Source of the DNA: Camelus ferus
Taxonomy: Eukaryota
Direction of reading: 5' to 3'
Assembly: GCF_009834535.1 (NCBI RefSeq)
Contig: NC_045711.1
Coordinates: 41,168,001-41,232,000, forward strand
DNA: 64,000 nt
In this document: positions 25,741-52,281 of the stretch, in pieces
Layout of the letters: every line of letters begins with the position of its first letter
Position numbering within the stretch: the first letter of the stretch is position 1
Made by a program: the position numbers and the translations under genes
Notes under the pieces: model-generated
Database searches by the model: none
Seen by the model: only the letters and a program-made list of their open reading frames with translations
What the model was told of the DNA's origin: nothing

Positions 25741-28700
25741 AGCCTGAGGAAGCAGGGTTAACCAAAGGGAGTACTGACTGAAGAAAAAAAAACAAAAACG
25801 TACAGCCTAAAAGTTGAGAACTGCGTTTTATTTGGCTGACTTTCTGAGGACTCAAGCAGGAGAGGCAGCCTTTCAGAATAGCTCTGAGGGACTGTGTTCC
25901 CAAGAGATAAGGGAGAACCTAGGATATATAAGAGTTTTGCAACAAAAACCAGGTAGTGGGAACGTGGAATGATTACTGTTAATTAAAGAAAACCACACAT
26001 CTCAAGTTAATGAACAGCCCTTTTCTCTGTATGGGGTGATGCAAGAGGCTGGGCTCATTGAAAACTTTCCTTTGATATACACCTTAGCTATCTTGGGCCA
26101 GTATCCTGTTCTTTCCCATCCTGAGCCCTCTCCCAGGGTGCATTGTTGGGGGTGGCTGCAGTGTCTGAGGGCTTGGCAGTGAGCAGTCCTTTTGTCTCCA
26201 TCCCGAGTTCCCTCGGGGCTCACCTCAGGGGCGGTGGTAATGGCTGAAGGCTTGATGGCCACAGCATCCTTTGCCGGTATGGCAGGTAACATTTTTCATT
26301 CACAGTGGTAAAAGTAAGGAACGGGATCTTGTCCATTTCCCATACCCACCTCCAGTGTCAGTTTTAAGAGTTGTACTAAAATTGTCTCTGCAATTTAGGC
26401 TCCCAAGAAAGTCCTCATACCTGCATCTCCCAGGATGGTGATGGTATGGGGAGTGAGCAGCCTAGAGTGAGGAACAGCACCCCAGTAATAAGACTTTTGT
26501 CCCCACAGGAAGTGGAGACTCTTACCTCCCACTGGACCCTCTACATGAACGTGGGCGGCTTCCTGGTGGGACTGTTCTCATCCACTCTGTTGGGCGCCTG
26601 GAGTGACTGTGTGGGCCGCCGTCCGCTGCTAGTGCTGGCCTCGTTTGGCCTGCTACTCAATAACCTGGTGTCCATCTTTGTGGTACACCTGCAGCTCCAT
26701 GTTGGCTACTTTGTTCTGGGCCGCATCCTTTGTGCCCTCCTTGGAGATTTCAGTGGCCTCCTGGCTGCTGGCTTTGCCTCTGTGGCAGATGTCAGCTGCA
26801 GCCGCACCCGTACCATCCGAATGGCCCTGCTGGAAGCATGCATTGGGGTGGCAGGGATGCTGGCGAGCCTTGTTGGAGGTCACTGGCTCCAGGAGCAGGG
26901 ATATGCCAACCCCTTCTGGCTGGCCTTGGCCTTGCTGATAACCATGACCCTCTATGCAGCATTCTGCTTTGGTGAGACCGTGAAGGAGCCAACACCTGCT
27001 CGGCTCTTCACACTCCGTCACCACCGATCCATTGTCCAGCTCTACGTGGCCCAGGCCCCAGAGAAGTCCAGGAAGCATTTAGCCCTGTACTCACTGGCCG
27101 TCTTCGTGGTGATCACTGTGCACATTGGGGCCCAGGACATCCTGACCCTCTACGAGATGAGCACACCCCTTTGCTGGGACTCTAGGCTGATCGGCTACGG
27201 TTCTGCAGCTCAGCAACTCCCATACCTCAGCAGCCTGCTGGGCCTGTGGCTTCTGCAGTACTGCCTGGATGACACCTGGGTGGCTGAGATTGGTCTGGCC
27301 TTCAACATTCTGGGGATGGTTGTCTTTGCATTCGCTACCATCACACCCCTCATGTTCACAGGTAAAGTGTATGGGCTCAGGGACAGTTTGTCTCAGAATT
27401 GCTGGGTGAAAAATGGGGGCTAGCCACCTGCTGCCCCCAAACGTAGTTCATGCCTATGTCTTAACATCATTGTGCCCCTAGGCTGCACTGGAGGACAGAC
27501 AACTAAGAAACCTCACAAAAATACTATCTTTGTCATATAGAAAATACAGACCTTCAGTAGCCAAGGTCATTCACTCACATTATCAACCATAAATGTTGGT
27601 GGTAAGATAGAGCAAAGACAAGAATATGGCTCATACACTAATTGCTTTACTCCTTGGCCTCCCACAGCCTGCATTCATGGTGTTCTTAAGCAAAGTCCAT
27701 GCCATTATTGCCTTCACACTCGCTTCTCCGATAAGAATCACAGGACCTGTCTCAAATATCCTTCGTCAGCTTCTCTGGGTTTTTAAAAAAGCCAGTCTTC
27801 TCAGATCACAGATAACACACTCCTGCTTGGGTTAGTTCTTCTTCTCCCCTCCTCTCTTCCTTTTTTTTTTTTGGTGGAAGAGGGCAGCTGGGAATGAGGA
27901 AGTTAACTTTTCTGAAGGAACAGATTTATTTTAATAGAGCCCTAAAATATTTTGTTTACAGTCAGCCAGTCAGTAATCAAGAGATTTCTGCTCGCCTAGA
28001 CGGTGTGACTGGCGGGGACCCAGGTACTTTTCTCTCCTGCCCACGGCATCTCCCATGGACTAGGTGCTGGGCTCAATGCCCTTGGGTGTGCAGGGATGAT
28101 GAATATGCTGTCATTGCTCTGGTGAGCCTCAGCAGAGTGGGATTTGGGGGCTGTCACCTGAAGGGCCCCTGGGAGGCCTCATTGTCTAACCCACTTTGGA
28201 GGCTCCACTGTCCTCCAACAGTTTGCAGTTTTCCTGAGGAGGCAACAGTTGCGCAAGGGAGAGAAATGGTTATGAAGGAAACAGTGTAGCCTGTGAGTAA
28301 CTAAATGTCAAGGGAAAGGGAACTTGCATTTACTGTGTGCTTACTGTCCCCTGTCATTGTCTCTTTACCCTGCTGAGGAAGTTCTTCCTGTGTCTAACCC
28401 GAGTCCCTCATGGGATAGGTACCAGAGCTCTGCTGCCTCTCACTTGGGCATCCATCTTCACAACCCCATTTTCTTGATGATTGTTTCTTTCTCCACAGGG
28501 TATGGGCTCCTCTTCATGTCATTGGTTATCACACCTGTCATCCGGGCCAAGCTCTCCAAGCTGGTGAGCAAGTCAGAGCAGGGTGAGTGTCAGGGTTAGC
28601 CCTTGTCTAGTTCCTCATACCCAGTATTGCCTGAACCTGGCAGAGGGCAGCCGTGGGCTGGGAGGCATCTCTCCTTCCTCCCTCCCACCCTGGAGAAGTA

Positions 28701-30642
28701 AGTAGCTAAGACAACTACGTTGCTGTCACAGTGCCTAGGGCTGGCAGAGGACCACAGTGCCTTGGAATTTGCAGTCACGTGCACGATTATGTCCTTTTGG
28801 ATCAGCCAAGCAGAGGATTTACTCGTTCCAGACCCCAGCTTTTCCATCTGTAAAATGAATGTCACAATGCCAGAGTTCCCTACTTCCCTGGGGTCAGAGC
28901 ATACAAGCTCAGAGGAGGCGAACAACTTTGTGATGTAGATTTCACTGTCTCTGCGTGGCAGATGAAGCAGAGGATTAAACTGACTCACCCAAGGTCATCA
29001 GTCAGTGGTGGAGCTAGGATGCACACCTGGATCTGTTTTCAAGAGCAGCAGGTCTTGGGATCTGGGTTTTAGTCCTGGCCCTGTCACCCTCCTGGCTGTG
29101 TGATCTTGGACAGGTCCCTTTCCCTCTTTGGACCTGTTTCCTCATATGTAACACGTGTGGATTGCTCTTGATGACATCTACAGGCCCTTCCAGCTCTGGC
29201 AGTCTGGCAGTTTAATCTCAACTTCCGTTGGGTTGTTGCTCACTTTGCAAAATTCGGGTTCTGCTGGCATATCTATAAAGAATAGCTTCTCAGGCTTCTA
29301 GGTCTTTAGATCTCAGTCTGAAACGTCTGGCTCATCCACTTTTCCCCGCCTGCCCTGGAAGGAGGATCTGGTGATGGCAGAAACTCTGGTGCCATATATA
29401 GCCCACCATGGGTTCTGTTGTCCCCAGAACCCATGTGACTTCGTTTATTCACTCATTAAGTTTTTTTCTATCACCTTCACTGTGCCCAGAGATGCATGCC
29501 AAGGGGAACAGGAGAAAAGAACAGCCCTTACTAACTGGCTGGCTCCAGGGGGCTAGGCCCCATGATGGGCGCTTTACGTGCAAATTTAATGTTACCAACA
29601 GATCCAAAACCATTTTTATCAGGCTTTTGCTAGAAGACATCACATGTACTTTTATATATGTATAATAACAGTCATTTGTTTGGTAGCCACTGTGTGCCAG
29701 GTGCTTCCTATGCATGCCTTCATTGGAGTCTTATCATGATGCAGGATTTATAGGTGAGGAAGGTGAGATTCAGAGAGGTTAAATGACTTGCCCCAGGTCA
29801 CACAGCTGCGTGGCGGTGGTGCCGAGGTTTGCACTTAGGTCTTTCCGATTCCAGAGTGGTATTTATTTCTTCACAGGTGCTCTCTTTTCTGCTCTGGCCT
29901 GTGTGAATGGCTTGGCCATGCTGATGGCCTCCAGCATCTTCAACTCGCTCTACCCAGCCACCCTGAACTTCATGAAGGGGTTCCCCTTCCTCCTGGGAGC
30001 TGGCCTCCTCTTCATCCCGGCCATTCTGATTGGGTAATGCAGGGCTCTGACCTGTGTTCAGAGTGGAGCTCTTTATCCTAAAGGTGTCCTCCTCTGCCTC
30101 CTCCCAAGCAGAAACAGCATCCTCATTCCTGGAGCTCTTCCCCTGTGGGTGTGTCAGTCTCAGCCTGACTCTCCCTTAGCAGATGGTCACCTAATCCTCT
30201 GGGAGCCATTCCCCAGGGACAAGGCAGAGGGCTGGTAGGGGAAGGGTCAGGCTCACAGTGCCTCCTGGAAAAGCTACATTCTTGCACCCAGTTCCCCCAT
30301 TTTACAGATGGAACTGTGGCTGGCAGAAATGTGCTAAATGGAAGCCTAGAGGGCTTCCTTGGCCAGGCGTGGCTGGGCCACAGGCTCACCTGACCCAGTT
30401 CTTCCCCTGATGATAGCCTCAAGAATCATTTGCCAGAACCCTCTGTCTCTGGACATGGTCTCCCACCTCTCAGCCTGGGGAGGGGGATACCTGGACCCGC
30501 CCACCCAATAAAACCTGCGTCACTTCTCCAGGATTTGAAGGTCCCCACCTGTTAAATCTGAACCTTCTCTCTGGTCTCTCACAGGATACTGGAAAAGACT
30601 AATCATTGCCCTGAATTCCAGCAGTTTCCCCAGAGCCCCTGA
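25361..30642 (+). CDS. SLC46A1: Proton-coupled folate transporter (PCFT/HCP1), 5 coding exons, 459 aa
   Basis: Exons 25361-25588, 26509-27361, 28499-28582, 29877-30033, 30585-30642 (228+853+84+157+58=1380 nt = 459 aa + TGA), all with GT-AG junctions. Translation shows the PCFT motifs [28 protein letters not shown] (D109/G112/R113), LLEAC (E185), RHHRS (H247), TVH (H281), VIRAKLSK (R376) and C-terminal FQQFPQSP. Exon 3 is a symmetric 84-nt exon. Confidence 0.98.
25775..26304 (-). mobile_element. ERV1-class solo LTR in SLC46A1 intron 1
   Basis: About 530 bp with TG...CA termini (TGACTGAAG...CATTCACA), filling more than half of the 920-nt intron. Orientation and class are inferred from recalled LTR consensus text. 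Confidence 0.6.
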
Positions 30643-33600
30643 TCTTCCTGGACCAGAGGACAAAGGGCAAGAGGAGCAAAGTGAGCACTAACCAACTGGA
30701 AGTATTGCCTCTGGATCCCAGCCCTCAGCAGCACCGGCAGCTCCCTGCAAAGGGCAGTGTGGTCAAGCTCGACCAAGGCCCCCACCTCATCCACAGCTAT
30801 GCCAGCCTATGACTCTAGGATCTGGAATTGTAACCCAGACAGACCCACTCCAGGGCAGGCAGTGGGGGAGCCATTCGGAACAGGGATCTGTTTACCCTGT
30901 AGGCCATCAGGCACATAGAACCCTCCAGGGGAGAGGAAAGGTCCTGATGGAGGTGACACTTCAGGGACCAGTTGAAGCATGAGGGCTGGCCCCTCTGCTT
31001 CCAACCGAAACTGCACAGCTCACAGTGCTCAGTTTACCACGAGCAGCCACCAGTCACTCCTTAGTGATGAATATGGTGCTTGGTCAGTGCTGGCTTTGTA
31101 GGGAGGGAGGGTTGTGGGAGTGGCTTGGTGCCCCCTGGAGGGAGAGTGCACTGTCTGAGGGTGGGAATCAATCTCTTGGGCTTAGCAGTGCCAAACATAA
31201 TAATTATAATCACCCTGAAATGAACCTTCTGGCCCCCAAGGCATTGGGCTGTGGGGCCCTCTGTTTTCCTGTTCACAGTTTGCCCACCAGAGGTCAGACA
31301 GCAGTAGCTGCTGGAATGGACAGGAGCCCCTGAGCAGCCATGGGATTGGTACTGGACATGGCCAGCCCAGACCTCCTCCTGACTGACCATTCTCTTCTGA
31401 GCTGCTGGGAGGTGGAGGGCTGCCAGGCTTGCATCAGGCCAGCAGAGAGACTCCGGGCAGAGACCTGACCGCTTGTTCCTCAGTGTCAAGAGATCCACTC
31501 CCTGAAGGCACCTGTACTGGTCTTCCTGGCTACACCAGCCCAAGCAGAATCAGTTTTTGTTACCATTCAGCCCTCCAGCACCTCCCTCATTGCTGGGCAT
31601 TTCAGCAGGGCCATGTGCTGACACTCTCCCTTGTTTATCTGTAGGTCAACAGGAACCCGGAGATGGGCCTGACCCTCTAGAAAATGAGGGACCCATTTCT
31701 AGGGCATTAGGAAAGCCTGGACCTAAAGTTGAAAGGCAGAATAGGATTCAGTATTAAGGCACTGGCTTTGATGAAGGCCATAAGCCCCCAAGCAAATCAG
31801 ATGGTACTTGACTCTTCAAAACAGAATTGGCCACAGGGCATGACCCCCTGCCAGTATTTCTACCCTCATTCTCTCTCACCTGCCCTACCAGCCGGTTTCC
31901 TGGCTAGAAATCACGTAGGTAAAATGGGGGAGGCCCAGAGTAAACCAGGGTCAATTGTGGCCTTCTGTAGCCTGGGCCTGTGTCCAGATTCCTATCTCAC
32001 TGTCCCCTGTCATTGGGAGATCAAAGCAAGAAGAGGGCCTGGGCTGTACTCTGGGCAGGGCCTCTAGCTCATTCATATTTGGCATTAAGCAAGGTGGTAG
32101 TTCAGTGACATCCCCTAATTAATCATGGTTGGACAAGTTAGGAAACACTAGATTGAATAATGTTCTAAGATCCTTTTTCCCTCATACATTCTAGAATGAG
32201 AGGCCTCTATTCATGGGCCTTGGGGGAGGATGAATGAGTTGGAGCTGGACTTTTGACTTTTGAATGCTCCTGAGCAGTTCTTGGTCCAGAGAGGGGCGGG
32301 GTGAGGCTGACTCAGCCCTGACCTGGGGGCAGCAGCTAGGGCCCAGCCAAGCAGAAAACCCTGCCCCTGAAGACCCGTGTCAGAGCAGGCTGCAGGGGAA
32401 AAGGCTATTTCTCAAAATCTCAGGACTAACCCTGTGGGGCCAAGTCTAGATGAAAGGTGAGGGCCAAGGTGCCCGCCTGGGCCTCAATCTGGGCAGTGTT
32501 TGTCACGGTGGGGGATGCCGGCCCCTGAACATGCTGGCCTGGCTGGGGGAGGGTCATCACTTCAGCAGCTCTGGTGGGGCCTGGAGTCTGGGCAGTCGTT
32601 CCTCAGAGAGGCAGGAGACAGGCAGCAATGGGGGCTGTACCGAACAGAAAAACAGTGCTGGGAAACTTCCCTGAGTACTGCTCAAGAGAGCTCAGAAGGG
32701 AGTGGGGGCTGGGGACAAAAAAGACAGGAAGCTTCTCCTGGAGGAGACTCATCAAACTGTATTATTATTGGTTCTGCTTCATGAGGGCAACATTCAGTCT
32801 GCCTCAGTCACCATGCTATTCAGGGCCTGGCACTGGTGGGCATTCATGTGGCAAGGAAGGAGAGTCAAATGCAAAGGACCAGCTGAAGACAGTATTTTTG
32901 GCAGGGAGGGGACTGGAAGGAAGGAGTCTGAAGCCTGACGATGTGGCTCGAGAACTCAGAGTGGCCTGTGGCCTGGCCAGTACCTTCAGGAGGTGGCTTG
33001 GGAGCTGAGCCAGCCTTTAGGTGTGAACCCACTGCCTTCAGGAGGGGAGAGGCAGGGCAGGTCCCAGCTGATCCCACTAGCTGGAACCTGGATTTATTGG
33101 AGGGAGGATACAACCCTGGTGGAGGAAGCACCCAAGGGACTCCTGCTCGGTTATTTCTGTATAGCCTCTGGGTCAGCCTTCTGTTACAAAAACCTGTCCC
33201 CCACAGCTAGATTCTTTGGGGCAAGGGAGAAACCAGCCATCTGTGGCTCAACAGTCCTGCCCAGGATGATTCTTAGGAGAGCAGTCCCGACAGCAGTGGG
33301 CTGAGCAGCAGGAGGCCAGGTCTGCATCCTGGGGCTGACACTCATGACTTGGGAAACTGGGCACATCATTCATTTCCTTCTCTAAAATGGACATGATACC
33401 AGGTAAGGTTGCTCTGATGATTAGAGACCATGGAGTGTCAGGGAAATGGCAAAGATTTGTGAGACATTTGTGTTTTACAGCCTTGCTACCCACCTGAGAG
33501 TTGGTGAGAACTGCAGAAACTCAGGCCCCACCCCAGTCTCCTGAATGGAATTTTAACAAAATTCCCAGATGATTTGAATGCACCCCCTTGCCCTGCTGCA

Positions 33601-34495
33601 GGGTCTTGCCTCTTCCCAGGGAGCTACAGTTCTGCCCAGGCTACTGCTGATGCCACAGGGCGCTGCCTTGCCCCACCTCCCCCTGAGCAAGTGGGTGGGC
33701 AGCCTTGGGTGGGTGAGGGGCTGGGGAAGGGAGCTGGACCAGGCAGAGGCCCAGGGCACAGCACCAAAGCATAAGTAAGGGGGCTAGCTGCCCTTTGAGA
33801 CATGGCCTCCCCTGCTCAGACCCAAACAGGGGACTCCCATGTACCAGTGAGTGTAGGCCGCAGCTGCAGACCAGTGAGACCAGTACAGGCTGGCTCAGCC
33901 TGACCCTGACCCAGGTGTGGTGAAGGAGGCCACACGTCAGGAAGGCTGGGAGAGGGGCCAGGCCAGCTAAGGACACTGAGTGGTTATAGGGCAAGGCCAC
34001 GGGGTGCAAAGAAGTGGTGAGCCCAGGGGCCAGAAGCTGTCTGGGTGGAGAGCCATGGCTGGACTCATCCCCAGCTGGCTCCCAGGCCCAGGCCCTTGCG
34101 GGGCGGAGAGCGTTGGGCACTGTGTTAATGCCTGTCTGAGGCTGCCTGCCTTCACTCTACTCAAGCTGGCTGCTGTCAGGGCAGGAGAAGGGTAGTGTGC
34201 AGCAAACCCTCAGTCTCCAGGGTCTCCAGAACTGAGCAGTGACCCTCCCACAACAGAAACAGGACCTGGTGGCAGGGCCTAGGGAGGTCTTAGCACCCCC
34301 AATGCCTGGCTTCCCTTCCCTTTCCAGAGGAAGCTGGGTTTGAGGTGGACCATGAGGGTGAGGAGATAGAGAGCCATTTCCTGAGAAGAGCCCAGGCTGT
34401 CTCAGCCCAGGGAGGACAGTCTGAGTTGTTCCATTGGGGGGTGGGGAGGATGATGGAAATGGGGGTCATGGCAGGGCTTGGGAACTAGGGACTGG

Positions 34496-51100
<16,605 letters not shown>

Positions 51101-52079
51101 TTCCGCTGGATGCAGGGGGAAGGAGCGGAGGGCGAAAGGACTGCCTCCATTTTACCCTGGTGACACTGGAATGTGAGGGCAACACTGTTGGGTGCCCCTG
51201 CCTTACTAGTGGTTAATGCAGTAGTAATAACAATTTTTAAGGCCCTTTATGCCTGTTTCTCAGGCCTTAAAACATTCCTAAGAGGTAGGAATTAGTGCTC
51301 CCATTTCACAGCCGAACGGACTGAAGCCTATAGAGAAAAGATTGCCCGAAATCACACTGTCTTCTGATTATAGAACAGAAAAAGGCAGCGGAGTCTCTGA
51401 GGATCACTTCCTCCAGGTGATGGGAGGACTTCCAGAGGTCTCTGGACTCCTGAAAGTGAGCACAAAATCAAGCATTCTGTGCCAGTGAGCGTTTTCTGGG
51501 TAGAGGGAGCCTACTTCTCACTAGAGTCCGAAAGTGGGGAACTGGCCTATGGGGAGGATGAGGGTGGCGATAGGGAGTGGCCTGCTGAGGGGCAGTAAAT
51601 TAGCGGAAGACTCAGGAATTACATCCAGTCTAAGGGGTGAATGTTCACCCAACTTACCATGCTATGAATACCTGCTTGGGGAAATCAATGCACCCAAAAG
51701 ATAAAACAAATTTCCCCAGTGTGCTTACCAGCATAGTTCCTACCCCACTTTCACTGCCCTAAATACACAATGGGGAGGGGGAGCCACCCAGCCAGGGATG
51801 TGTCTGATCAAACAGATCATGGGTCAATAACCATTTATGGAGAATGAAGTTGGGGGTGCTCCAAGCACTGGGCATTTTGTCTGCTTTAGCTCCCACCCTG
51901 TGCGACAAGCATAATTAGTTCAGAACTAAGGCAGGTAAAGAAGTTTGCCCAAGGTCACATAGCCTGTGAGCAGCAGAGTGGGCTTCCATTCTGCCCTCCA
52001 GACCCACTGTGTTAGCCCTCTTCTGAGATGACCCTGAGCTTGGCAAGGATCCTATACACAGCTCTCCTGGGCCTGGAGT

Positions 52080-52281
52080 TCCAGGAACCTGACCCTTTGC
52101 TGCCTCTGGGGTTGGGGCACTAGGGGCTGGGCTGGAGGTTGAGCAAACAGAGCAGTAGAAAAGGCAGCTCCTCTTCTCCAGTTTTCTCCCTCCCTGTTTC
52201 ACCTCTCCCTCCCTTCCTCAGGCATCAGAGCAGAGACTGCAGTTTCTCTACTTTACCAGGCTCAAGGCTGGAGGCCCTGCC
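52080..52281 (+). promoter_or_regulatory. VTN proximal promoter with FOXA and HNF4-like sites
   Basis: TGACCCTTTGC at ~52090-52100 (HNF4/DR1-like) and TGAGCAAACA at 52140-52149 (FOXA), within 200 nt of the VTN ATG. Confidence 0.55.

Noticed and set aside
27423-27433. CAGCAGGTGGC CTCF-like cores (also 61591-61601) and a weaker match near 51580
   Set aside because: These are partial matches that occur often by chance and cannot be supported without ChIP data.
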